Source: Deltaproteobacteria bacterium
GTDB taxonomy: Bacteria; JAEEML01
Length of the DNA stretch: 55,351 nt
Assembly (NCBI GenBank): GCA_016283195.1
Contig: JAEEML010000025.1
Span: 1 to 55,351, forward strand
Direction: 5' to 3'
Part shown: one piece after another, positions 37,860 to 47,515 of the stretch
Layout: every line of letters begins with the position of its first letter
How positions within the stretch are numbered: position 1 is the stretch's first letter
Notes under the pieces: generated by a model
Told to the model about the DNA's origin: nothing
What the model saw: the letters and a program-made list of their open reading frames with translations, nothing else
Databases searched by the model: none
Position numbers and translations under genes: made by a program

Positions 37860-40013
37860 ATGTCTAATCTTACCGGAATTATGGAACAATATTTCTTGCA
37901 ATATGCCAGCTACGTCATTCTGGACCGGGCTATTCCCGATATTCGCGATGGCCTAAAACCGGTGCAGCGGCGTATTTTGGCCACTCTTTTTGATACAGAT
38001 GACGGCAAGTTCACCAAAGTGGCCAATGTTGTTGGTGAAACAATGAAGCTCCACCCCCACGGCGATGCCAGTATTGGCGATGCCCTGGTGACTCTGGCCA
38101 ATAAAAATCTATTCATTGATAAGCAGGGAAATTTTGGTAACCCGATCACCGGCGACAATGCCGCCGCCCCTCGTTATATTGAATGTCGCCTGAATGATCT
38201 GGCTAAAAAAACTCTTTTTAATAAAGAACTTACCGAGTTTGTGCCCAGCTATGACGGCCGTAAACAGGAGCCGGTTTATCTGCCGGCCAAGTTGCCGCTG
38301 GTTTTGCTGCTGGGCGTAGATGGCATTGCGGTTGGTATGGCCACCCATATTTTACCGCACAATCTTATTGAGCTCTTAAAAGCGCAAATAGCCTATTTGC
38401 AAGGCGAATCTTTTAAACTGGCTCCCGATTTCTTTACCGGCGGGCTGGTCGATGTCAGCGAATATAACGATGGTCTGGGCAGTGTGCGCGTGCGGGCGCG
38501 CATCAATAAAAAAGACGATAAAACTATTGTAATTACAGAGATTCCTTATAGTACAACCACCGAGAGTCTCATTGAGTCTATCGAAAAACAGGCGCAAAGC
38601 GGCAAAATAAAAATATCTTCCATCGATGATTTTACCGCCAAACATGTGAATATTGAAATTTCATTGCCGCGCGGTGTGCATGGCGACGAAGTGATTCAGC
38701 AGCTATATGCCTATACTGATTGCGAAAAGACCCTCCCATCGAGTATCACCGTTATCAAAGACGCTCAGCCGGTAGTGCTCTCCATAAAAGAGGTTATCAG
38801 TTATCTAACCGAACAGCTACGCGAGCAGATTAGAAAAGAGCTGGAAATTGAAAAAGGCCATTTGCTGGATAAGCAACACTGGCTGACACTAGAGCAAATT
38901 TTCATTGAAAATCGCGTATATAAACGCATAGAAGAAGCTAAGACCGAGGCCGAAGTGCGCCGCCAGGTAGAGACCGGCATGAATGAATTTGCGCATCTCT
39001 TTATCCGCCCGCTTAGGGCCGAAGATGTGGATAAGCTGCTGGAATTACAAATTCGCCGCATTTCCCGCTATGACATGGAGAAAAACCGCCGCGATTTGGA
39101 AAATATTGTTCGCGCTCTTAAAGATGTTGAACGCAAATTAGCTAATCTCACCGGCACAACCATTCAATATATCGAAGATCTTATAAAGACTTATAAGTCT
39201 GCTTTCCCGCGTAAAACCGAAGTGGCGGCCTTTACCAAGGTTGACCCGCGTAAGGTTGCCAGAGCCACTTTAAAAGTGAGCTACGACCCGGATAAGGGCC
39301 TCTTTGGCAGCTCAGTCAAAGGGCCGCTCTTTAACATGACTTTGAGTGAGTACGATAAAGTAATAATTATTCACAAAAATGGCGTATATACCATTAGTGC
39401 GCCGACGGATAAGGCTTTTATCGGTACCGACATTTTCCAAATTGAGCGCTTTGAACCAGAAGGTGGGCTCTATTATACGGTAGTTTATAAAGATCTCAAC
39501 AAGATGTACTATGCCAAGCGCATCCGCATCAAGAGCTTTGTCACCGCCAAAGAATACAATCTAATCAAAGATCAGCTTGGCACTATCGAATTGATTCTGC
39601 CAGGTAATGCCCGCGGTACTTTGCACATGAAGCTTGTTTTACAGAGTAAGCGGCAGCGCATAACTCGCCTCGTCACCGATTTACTCACCATTCCCGAAGT
39701 TAGCCCGGCCGCCCGCGGAGCGCGGCTTTGTGCCAAGCCGCTCAGCAAAATTACCTATGAGCCGCTTAAAGATGGCAAGGTAGCGGCGGCTAATAATACG
39801 CCGCCAGCGGATAATACGCTACCACAGGCTGATTCACCGTCACCAACGGAAAATTCTCAGCCAGCACAGGAATCTGAGACAAAAGAGGAATTACCAAGTG
39901 AAGAATCTGAGCCGGAAGAGGTGGTTCTACCTGAAATTGTTCCGGAATATTCGCAAACATCACTTTTTGACGATGAAGAAGAAGTGCAGAATGAAGAGCA
40001 AGATAAGGTTTGA
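37860..40013 (+). CDS. parC: Type IIA topoisomerase A subunit (Topo IV ParC-like)
   Basis: DRAIPDIRDGLKPVQRR, HPHGDAS, AAPRYIE (catalytic Tyr); short CTD with no recognisable GyrA-box. Confidence 0.88.
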   Translation: MSNLTGIMEQYFLQYASYVILDRAIPDIRDGLKPVQRRILATLFDTDDGKFTKVANVVGETMKLHPHGDASIGDALVTLANKNLFIDKQGNFGNPITGDNAAAPRYIECRLNDLAKKTLFNKELTEFVPSYDGRKQEPVYLPAKLPLVLLLGVDGIAVGMATHILPHNLIELLKAQIAYLQGESFKLAPDFFTGGLVDVSEYNDGLGSVRVRARINKKDDKTIVITEIPYSTTTESLIESIEKQAQSGKIKISSIDDFTAKHVNIEISLPRGVHGDEVIQQLYAYTDCEKTLPSSITVIKDAQPVVLSIKEVISYLTEQLREQIRKELEIEKGHLLDKQHWLTLEQIFIENRVYKRIEEAKTEAEVRRQVETGMNEFAHLFIRPLRAEDVDKLLELQIRRISRYDMEKNRRDLENIVRALKDVERKLANLTGTTIQYIEDLIKTYKSAFPRKTEVAAFTKVDPRKVARATLKVSYDPDKGLFGSSVKGPLFNMTLSEYDKVIIIHKNGVYTISAPTDKAFIGTDIFQIERFEPEGGLYYTVVYKDLNKMYYAKRIRIKSFVTAKEYNLIKDQLGTIELILPGNARGTLHMKLVLQSKRQRITRLVTDLLTIPEVSPAARGARLCAKPLSKITYEPLKDGKVAAANNTPPADNTLPQADSPSPTENSQPAQESETKEELPSEESEPEEVVLPEIVPEYSQTSLFDDEEEVQNEEQDKV

Positions 40014-40038
40014 CATGGCTTTAAGCAGCTGCTATGTA
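40010..40038 (+). promoter_or_regulatory. Probable sigma70 promoter for crp-folC
   Basis: TTGACA (40010-40015), 17-bp spacer, TATGTA with an upstream TG. Confidence 0.5.
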
Positions 40039-40067
40039 AAAGTCAATTTTACTCCTTAGCGGAGATT

Positions 40068-40742
40068 ATGGAGAAGCACATGGGCGCAGAACAAGAAGTT
40101 GAAAATCGGATGATTAAAGAATTTGCCAAGGGGTCAGTCATTTTTAATGATGGCGATGCCGGCGACGTTATGTATGCCATTCAGCAAGGCAAAGTGCGTA
40201 TAAATAAAACTGTTCGCGGTGTAGATAAGACCTTAGTGGTTTTAGGCCCTGGCCAGTTCTTTGGCGAAATGGCTATTTTAAACAGCAAACCCCGCTCGGC
40301 AACAGCTATTGTTGAAGAAGATGCTAAGCTGCTGGAAATAAACAGTAAAGCATTTGAGGCCATGCTTAGGGCCGGTAATGCGGTGAGTGCCAATATCGCT
40401 ATTACTTTGCTCAAAATTTTGGCCAGTCGTTTGCAAGAATCCGATGACCAAATCGAGAATCTTCTCTTGCGTGACCCCAATAGCCGCGTGGTTGACGGCC
40501 TCTTAAAGCTGGCCAAAAAAGGCGTTCCCGAAGCTACAGGCGGTGTGCGCATTGATGTAACTTTGAAAGAATTGGCTGCCAAGCTGGGCCTTGATTTAGA
40601 ACAAGTGAACGAAGTCCTGAATAAGCTCATTAAAGCCAAATTGGTGCGCATTTTGGAAGAGGGTATGCTGCTCAATGATGTTGACAGCATGAAGGATTTC
40701 CTGGCCTATCTTGAGATGAAAGAAAAATTTGGCGATATCTAA
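40068..40742 (+). CDS. Crp/Fnr family cyclic-nucleotide-binding regulator
   Basis: GQFFGEMA...PRSATA cNMP-binding motif and a C-terminal HTH-like region. Confidence 0.92.
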   Translation: MEKHMGAEQEVENRMIKEFAKGSVIFNDGDAGDVMYAIQQGKVRINKTVRGVDKTLVVLGPGQFFGEMAILNSKPRSATAIVEEDAKLLEINSKAFEAMLRAGNAVSANIAITLLKILASRLQESDDQIENLLLRDPNSRVVDGLLKLAKKGVPEATGGVRIDVTLKELAAKLGLDLEQVNEVLNKLIKAKLVRILEEGMLLNDVDSMKDFLAYLEMKEKFGDI

Positions 40743-40781
40743 TCTCTTCTTAAAAATAATCCTTATATTTTCGGTAATTAG

Positions 40782-42077
40782 ATGACTGACACTGCCAGTG
40801 AGTTAGAGGCTCTTGTGGCTGCCTTGGGTGCGCCGCAGGAGTATCTGCGGATGCGTCCCGGGCTGGCGCGGATGCAGGAACTTTGTGCCAAACTTGGCCA
40901 CCCGGAACAAAAGGTGCCGGTGATCCAAATAGTTGGCACCAACGGCAAAGGTTCCACGGCCTTTTATTTGAGCCAGATGCTAATGAGCACTTTGGGAGGT
41001 CCTATAGGCTCCTATTTTTCGCCACATTACCAAAGAGTTAATGAGCGAATTCGTTTAAATTCCAAGGAAATAGGCGATGCTGAACTTTTAGCAGCGCTTA
41101 AAGAAGTGCAGAAAGCCGCCCAAACTATGGTGGAAAAGCCCTCATTTTTTGAAGTGCTGACCATGGCGGCCTTTCTTATTTTTGCCAAAAAAAAGGTTAG
41201 GGTGGCTGTGATGGAAGCCGGTCTTGGCGGGCGCTACGATGCCACTTCCGTTGCCGCAGCCGAGATGGGTATCATTACTGAGGTCGGTTTAGACCACTGC
41301 CACATTCTCGGCAACACTATTCCCTTAATATTGCAGGAAAAAATAGCAGCCTTTGGCCAAGCGAAAATTATTATTGCCGGCCCGCAGAGTATTGAAGCCA
41401 GGCAAGAGCTGGATCAATATAGCGGCCCGGCGCGCCTATTGCTGGCGGGGCGCGATTTTGATATCCAGGAAGACGACAGGCTCAAAGTTTTGGTAAAAAG
41501 CGGGCAGGGTGAATGGCTTTTGCCTCGGGAAGTTCCCGGGTATTATCGCCGCCGGGCCTTGGGACTTGCGCTTTTGGCTGCTGCCATTTGGGCAAAAAAT
41601 TTAAATCACTGTTTAGAACTTGCCAAAATTACAGCTGAATTGGAGATTTCTTTCCCCGGGCGGCTGCAAATTATTTCTAAAGATCCGCTTATTATTGCCG
41701 ATATTGCCCATAATCCGCCGGCCGTAAAAAGCCTGCTTAATGCCCTAAAAGAAATAAAGCCGGCCGCTACTCAAAAAAAATGGCTCCTTATTTTTGCCAC
41801 CATGAAAGACAAAGATTATGCGGAAAATATTAAACTCTTAGCTCCTCTGGCTACCCATTTTATCTTGCCGGATTTAGCTTTGCCTCGAGCAGCCAGCCCT
41901 GATTTACTAGCCGAAATTATAAAAAATTTTTCTAATACTTCTGCCGAAATTGTAGCGGATATTTCTGCTGCCTGCCAAAAAGCAACCACTCTTCTGGCCA
42001 CAGGAAAATATGCCGGGCTTTTGATTACCGGCTCCAATTTTTTGGCTGGGCCGGCTAGTAGAATTTTAAAAAATTAG
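40782..42077 (+). CDS. folC: Folylpolyglutamate synthase / dihydrofolate synthase
   Basis: VGTNGKGST, SPH...NERI, EAGLGGRYDAT, LDH..ILG, PGRLQ, DIAHNP. Confidence 0.93.
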   Translation: MTDTASELEALVAALGAPQEYLRMRPGLARMQELCAKLGHPEQKVPVIQIVGTNGKGSTAFYLSQMLMSTLGGPIGSYFSPHYQRVNERIRLNSKEIGDAELLAALKEVQKAAQTMVEKPSFFEVLTMAAFLIFAKKKVRVAVMEAGLGGRYDATSVAAAEMGIITEVGLDHCHILGNTIPLILQEKIAAFGQAKIIIAGPQSIEARQELDQYSGPARLLLAGRDFDIQEDDRLKVLVKSGQGEWLLPREVPGYYRRRALGLALLAAAIWAKNLNHCLELAKITAELEISFPGRLQIISKDPLIIADIAHNPPAVKSLLNALKEIKPAATQKKWLLIFATMKDKDYAENIKLLAPLATHFILPDLALPRAASPDLLAEIIKNFSNTSAEIVADISAACQKATTLLATGKYAGLLITGSNFLAGPASRILKN

Positions 42078-42135
42078 CCATTTTTTTGCTGCCCGGCTCT
42101 CTTTTTGTCATATTGGCTATTTGGAGGGCTTTCGT

Positions 42136-43746
42136 ATGCAAAAACATCTCCTTTGTTTGTGCGCTTTTTTTATTATATTTCCCTGTGCCGCGCTTCATGC
42201 CGAAGAGCCTGAAGAAGATGATATAATTATTAAGACAATTAGAGCTCACCTGCAAGCCAGAGAGGCTGAAGAACAAAGGCAATTTGATAACTGGAAAGAC
42301 GAAAGTGTGATTATTAATAATACCATAAACGAAGAATTACAGCGCATTATAAGGCGCCATTTAAATGGTATTCCCGCTTGGTTTCATGTCGAGGATTATG
42401 ATTTACCGGCCACTTACACTAAAGAGGTTGAGGCCACCATTCGCTATTTTTCCGGCGCCGGACGCGGTTTTTTTAATAAATGGTTAAAGCGCTCTATAGA
42501 GTTTCGGCCGATTATTGAGCCCATTTTGGAAAAAAACGGCGTGCCCAAAGATTTATTTTTTCTATCCATGATCGAAAGCGGCCTTTCTATGAAAGCCTAT
42601 TCACATGTTGGTGCCGCCGGTCCCTGGCAATTTATGCCGAATACCGGCCGGCATTATAAATTGCGTGTCGATAACGATGTTGATGAGCGTATGGATCTCA
42701 TTAAATCGACGGAAGCTGCTGCTAAGTACCTGAAAAATCTCTATAAAATGTTTGGAGACTGGAACTTGGCCATGGCCTCATACAATGCCGGCGAAGGGCG
42801 AGTGGCCGGTGCTATAAAACGCTGTGGCACCAATGATTATTGGGAACTTATTGCCAGTGATAAATGCCTGCCGGTCGAAACCATGAATTATGTACCCAAA
42901 GTTCTGGCAGCAGCTATTATTTACAAAAATGCCGATAAATACGGTTTTGAAATCCCGAAGCCCATATATGTTGAGCCACTCAAATTCGTGATTATGCCTC
43001 ATGATTTAACTTTTTCGCAGATTGCTGCCCAAACTGGTGTGCCACTGACGGAAGTTGTGCGCTATAATTACGCTTTGCGCCAGCTTAAAACACCTAATAC
43101 CGGTACTTTTAAATTTTATGTAAAGAGTAGTTTAGCGCCTAAAATAGAACGGGCGCAGCAAAAACTGGTTAAACTTTCGGCGCAGAATAAAGTAAAGGCA
43201 CAGGCCCTCATAGCAGCCAAAAACGCTCCAAAAGTTCACACTGTTAAAAGTGGAGACACTCTGTGGGCCATTGCCGTGAAATACGGTTGCAAAACTGCTG
43301 AAATAATTAAGCTAAATGGCATAAAAAACAACAGCATCAGGGTTGGAATGAAGCTAAAATTGCCGTCCTCCGCCAAAGTATCCGGCGGAAAAGCTGTGGC
43401 GGTAGCCGATAATAAAACGGGGGCTAAAGCCAAAAATACGCCAGCTCCGGCGGCTCCAAAAGCGACAGTAGCTTCTGCAAAAGCCGCCAATAAGGCCACT
43501 AAAACAGCTACTCCGGCTAAAAAGACCGCAGCTCCGGCTAAAAAAGCAGTTGCCAGCAGAAATAATCGCAAGACAAAAAGCGGAAAAAATATTACTATGG
43601 TCAAAGTGCAGGCCGGAGACAGCCTGTGGAAAGTGGCCAATAAGTACGGAATGACCGTTAGTGAGCTGGTTTCAATGAATAAAAATATAGATACCAAAAA
43701 AGCTCTGAAAGCGGGGACACTATTGGCTGTAGTTGACGACAATTAG
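42136..43746 (+). CDS. mltD: MltD-like lytic transglycosylase with LysM domains
   Basis: SMIESG, AAGPWQFM, ASYNAGEGRV, ETMNYVPK; two clear LysM repeats (VKSGDTLWAIA, VQAGDSLWKVA). Confidence 0.88.
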   Translation: MQKHLLCLCAFFIIFPCAALHAEEPEEDDIIIKTIRAHLQAREAEEQRQFDNWKDESVIINNTINEELQRIIRRHLNGIPAWFHVEDYDLPATYTKEVEATIRYFSGAGRGFFNKWLKRSIEFRPIIEPILEKNGVPKDLFFLSMIESGLSMKAYSHVGAAGPWQFMPNTGRHYKLRVDNDVDERMDLIKSTEAAAKYLKNLYKMFGDWNLAMASYNAGEGRVAGAIKRCGTNDYWELIASDKCLPVETMNYVPKVLAAAIIYKNADKYGFEIPKPIYVEPLKFVIMPHDLTFSQIAAQTGVPLTEVVRYNYALRQLKTPNTGTFKFYVKSSLAPKIERAQQKLVKLSAQNKVKAQALIAAKNAPKVHTVKSGDTLWAIAVKYGCKTAEIIKLNGIKNNSIRVGMKLKLPSSAKVSGGKAVAVADNKTGAKAKNTPAPAAPKATVASAKAANKATKTATPAKKTAAPAKKAVASRNNRKTKSGKNITMVKVQAGDSLWKVANKYGMTVSELVSMNKNIDTKKALKAGTLLAVVDDN

Positions 43747-43766
43747 TAATTCTTTTGGAGTTAATT

Positions 43767-45839
43767 GTGCTAAAACACAAAGTATTTTTGCTCTTTTGCG
43801 TGCTTTTTTCCCTTTCTTCGACAGCATACGCAGAGCAAATAACCGGCAGCTTGATGAGTCGGCAGCGCTTTATTGAAAAGCAATTAAAAGAGGGTGTTTA
43901 TACAAGCGAAGAAGCTCTTCTTTACAACTATTTAGCCATAAAAAAGCCGGAAAAATTACCTGGCGAGCTGGCTTTTTTGCCTAACGAAAAGCGCCTGAGC
44001 GCTACAGAAATTTTTTTGCAGGTTTTTCAAGGACTTAAGCAAAAACGTTTTTCGCCGCAGTTGGAGGCATTTTTTCTGGAAGATGTTGATGAGCGGCCTA
44101 ATAGCGCTGGCTATGTTGATTCCGATAAATACCCGCTACGTGTGCACTGGACAAATGAAGCTTATAAAAATTTAGCTGTATCTGCCTTGGATTTTGCTGA
44201 ATATGCCTGGGAAACCGAGACTAACATGGGCTTTAATGCGCCGCTCACCGATGACGGAGCCGGCGGTAATAACAGTATTGACATATATATAGGCACCGAT
44301 GCGGCCGGAGCTGCCGGTTATACAAGGCCGGTTGCCTGGAATCTTGATACTGATATATCTGATTGTTATACCTATATTGTCATTGCCGCCGACAGCTCAA
44401 ATGCTCTTAAAACAACCGTGGCCCATGAGCTTAACCATGCCATGCAAGCTGCCCATGATTGCCTTGAACCGTCGTCGATTTGGGAAAATACTGCAACTTA
44501 TGTAATGGATAAAGTTTATCCGGATATAGGCGATTATATTTATTATTTTCCATATTACCAATCTTATCCGCATTATCCTTATGACTATTTTGAGGAAGGT
44601 AGTTTGTATCAATACGGCGGTATGCTGGAGGTGGCTTTTTTAGAAGAATATTACGGTAATAACGATGGCAAACTTATCGCGGCGGTTTGGCGTGGGCTAG
44701 AACAAACTATACATGATTATGCTGACAATCATCCTAATTATATAGAATCTATTACCTCTGCCATTGCCAAAAAAAAGCCTGGCAGCACCTTTGAAGACTT
44801 TTTAACCGGCTTCACGGAATGGCGCTATTTTATTGGAGAAAATGATGATGGCAAACATTTCTCGCGGGCCGGCAAGTGGCTTTATTGTAATTATTCGCGA
44901 GGCTCATGCGAAGTTGAAATAGATAATTATGTTACTTTAAGCCAAGCTAACCCCAATATTAGTGGCAGCAATCTTGAGGCTATGGGGAGAATGAGCTCAT
45001 CCTATGTGGAAATAGACCTACCCAAAAATATCGCGGCCGATATGTTTGTTAAACTTGAAGCCGGCGAGAGCCGCTGGGGAGCAAAACTATTTTGCAATAA
45101 CAATAGTAAAACCAAGCCAGCAATAGTGCCTTTGACAATGGATGAAGCCTTACAAAGCGGCGAGGCAATTGTGCATTTGGGTGAATACGACCAATGTGTG
45201 CTGGCGGTAACGAATTTAGGGCCGGCCAATTATTCACCAAGTGGGGCTAATGCCGGATTAAAGTATAAATATGCATATCAAATTGGCTTGCTCAGTAATG
45301 ATTTACCGGATCCGGAGCCGTTTTCGCTTTCCGCTAATTTGTTTGAATGCAGCGGCGGGCAAACTTTGACTATTAGCGGGATTAATTTTTTCCTGGGTAT
45401 GCAGGTGACAATAAATGGCGCAGCTGCCACAATAAAAAATAGCTCTAGTGTGGAAGTAACTGTAATTACACCAAATATTTCCACATCAGGTTTTTACGAA
45501 GTGGCTCTCTCAACAGCCGATGGCGACAAAGTGGTGTTTAAAGACAAAGTGCTTTATAACGGCGATACTTGCTCTTGTGAGTGTAATATAAGTAATACTT
45601 GCGATGAAAATTGCTCTTGTGACCCGGAATGTTTGCTCTGTACTTGCGATGTTGATACCGCCTGCAGCGCAAATTGTCTATGCGATCCTGAATGTATCAC
45701 AGTAGATAAGGAACCTAGCCAAGGTTGCAATTGCAGTGCTACTTCTCAAGAGCATAATCTTATTGAATTTATAGTATTTTTGGCGCTTTCAATGCTTGTG
45801 TGCGCCTATTTTAAATTACGTAGTCGCCATATTGATTAA
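43767..45839 (+). CDS. Secreted zinc metalloprotease-like protein with IPT/TIG-like domain, Cys-rich repeats and MYXO-CTERM-like anchor
   Basis: Signal peptide; TTVAHELNHAMQ plus WENTAT; C-terminal CxCDPEC repeats, GCNCS, hydrophobic helix and basic tail. Confidence 0.75.
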   Translation: MLKHKVFLLFCVLFSLSSTAYAEQITGSLMSRQRFIEKQLKEGVYTSEEALLYNYLAIKKPEKLPGELAFLPNEKRLSATEIFLQVFQGLKQKRFSPQLEAFFLEDVDERPNSAGYVDSDKYPLRVHWTNEAYKNLAVSALDFAEYAWETETNMGFNAPLTDDGAGGNNSIDIYIGTDAAGAAGYTRPVAWNLDTDISDCYTYIVIAADSSNALKTTVAHELNHAMQAAHDCLEPSSIWENTATYVMDKVYPDIGDYIYYFPYYQSYPHYPYDYFEEGSLYQYGGMLEVAFLEEYYGNNDGKLIAAVWRGLEQTIHDYADNHPNYIESITSAIAKKKPGSTFEDFLTGFTEWRYFIGENDDGKHFSRAGKWLYCNYSRGSCEVEIDNYVTLSQANPNISGSNLEAMGRMSSSYVEIDLPKNIAADMFVKLEAGESRWGAKLFCNNNSKTKPAIVPLTMDEALQSGEAIVHLGEYDQCVLAVTNLGPANYSPSGANAGLKYKYAYQIGLLSNDLPDPEPFSLSANLFECSGGQTLTISGINFFLGMQVTINGAAATIKNSSSVEVTVITPNISTSGFYEVALSTADGDKVVFKDKVLYNGDTCSCECNISNTCDENCSCDPECLLCTCDVDTACSANCLCDPECITVDKEPSQGCNCSATSQEHNLIEFIVFLALSMLVCAYFKLRSRHID

Positions 45840-46776
45840 TAGATTTTGTGCCGCTGGCATTTAACTGGACAATAGTTGTAAAGGGCGGCACCGATTTGGT
45901 GAGCCAAACATTACCCCCGATAATCGCGCCTTTGCCGATAGTAACCCGGCCAAGAATAGTAGCTCCGGCATAGATAATAACGTCATCTTCAACGATAGGA
46001 TGGCGTTTAACTCCTTTAATCGGCTGCCCGTTGGCATCGAGGGCAAAATTCTTAGCTCCAAGCGTAACTCCTTGATATAAGCGCACATTGTTGCCAATTT
46101 CCGCTGTCTCGCCAATAACTACGCCAGTGCCGTGATCAATGAAAAAACTATGGCCGATTGTGGCTCCCGGGTGAATATCGATGCCAGTTACACTATGAGC
46201 ATATTCTGTAATAATTCTAGGGAGTAACGGCACTTTTAATGTGTGCAAAACATGGGCGATGCGGTAGTATGTAATGGCCAGCATACCTGGGTAAGAAAAG
46301 ATAATCTCATCGGTGCTGGGAGCTGCCGGATCGCCAATAAAGGCGGCTTCTACATCGGAATTTAGCACTTTTTGCAACTCAGGAAGGGCTAAAATGAACT
46401 CATCTGTGAGCTTTAAGGCCAGAATTTCGCATTCTCGGCATGGTCCGTCATCACTACAGGTGAAACAGAGGCCACGCTTAATTTGCTCAGAGAGGAGCCT
46501 TCTGGCGCGATCTACGGCTGTTCCTACATAATAAGTGGCACTGGCCGCGGAAATATCATTTATGCCAACATAGCCGGGAAAAAGGGCTGCGCGAATAACT
46601 TCCACCGTCTCAATAATGACATCGCGTGAGGGAAGACTTATTTCACAAACCTTGCGGCGATGCTGGACATGGCGGCGAATGGGCATACTATCGGCGCTGG
46701 TGAGTTTTTTTACTGTTTTACTGATAATGGCGTTTTCGCCTTCGTTACAAACCTGACAATGTTCTTTGTTATTCAT
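45811..46776 (-). CDS. cysE: Serine O-acetyltransferase (EpsC/CysE type)
   Basis: GDPAA, SYPG, GIDIHPGATIG..FFIDHGTGVVIGETA, KRHP. Confidence 0.93.
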   Translation of the reverse strand: MNNKEHCQVCNEGENAIISKTVKKLTSADSMPIRRHVQHRRKVCEISLPSRDVIIETVEVIRAALFPGYVGINDISAASATYYVGTAVDRARRLLSEQIKRGLCFTCSDDGPCRECEILALKLTDEFILALPELQKVLNSDVEAAFIGDPAAPSTDEIIFSYPGMLAITYYRIAHVLHTLKVPLLPRIITEYAHSVTGIDIHPGATIGHSFFIDHGTGVVIGETAEIGNNVRLYQGVTLGAKNFALDANGQPIKGVKRHPIVEDDVIIYAGATILGRVTIGKGAIIGGNVWLTKSVPPFTTIVQLNASGTKSINQYGDYVI

Positions 46777-47215
46777 AACCAAACCTCGGGCCCAAGGCGG
46801 GCAAAAGGGTTCTATAGTAAAATTCTGGAATTTTCCAGTACTAGTTACGTGAAGGACAAAAATCTCTCAAAAACAACAATTTAAATTACCTGGCAAAAAT
46901 CAGTGTATATAAATTTATAAAAACATGATTGTTTTCAATCTATTAAGGGAAAACACTAGAGAAGGTTTTAATTAAAGCCATGTATTAACTTTTGCAGTTA
47001 ACTTATTGAATAATAAACGATATATGCAAATATAGATAAATAAGCTAGCTTTTTTAAGTAACTTATTGTATTTCAAGATAAATTATCTGAATAATGCAAA
47101 AAATCAGACTTTTGAGACGCAAAAGGCTATTAATTAGCTATAAGATTTGTTAGTTTGCAGGCGAAATTATGCCAGTTTTAAAAGTGCTTTAGTTTCGTGA
47201 AGTTATGAACCACAG

Positions 47216-47243
47216 ATTTTACATAAGTTACATTATGTAAACT
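47216..47243 (+). other. dif: XerC/XerD dif recombination site (chromosome dimer resolution)
   Basis: ATTTTACATAA-GTTACA-TTATGTAAACT has the 11-6-11 layout with the conserved CATAA/TTATG inner palindrome. It lies in the only long intergenic gap, and KOPS-like octamers converge on it. Confidence 0.85.
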
Positions 47244-47515
47244 TTTTATATGGGGTGCCCTGCTCCGCTGACTGGGTAAAAATAAAGCATAAAAAACACC
47301 TAAAATTGCTTCGAAGCTAAAATTTGCCGCCGATGGCTGGCCGGCTATTTTGCTCATAGCCAAACTCTCGCGGTTACCCAGGTGCGGTTTTGGAGATTAG
47401 TGTCACTCTTTTTCTGATTTGTCTATTTTTGGCGATTTTCGCGGCTCTTTGTATTACGATTACAATTTTTGCAAAAATCGGCTATTTAGTTTTTGGTTAA
47501 CACAAGGCAGACGAC

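Noticed and set aside
46825-46838. CTGGAA-TT-TTCCAG palindrome upstream of cysE
   Set aside because: The arms are only 6 bp. It could be an operator, but it is too short to support without comparative data.
47178-47363. 61-aa ORF across the dif region
   Set aside because: No recognisable motif or convincing RBS; it overlaps the dif site in AT-rich non-coding DNA.
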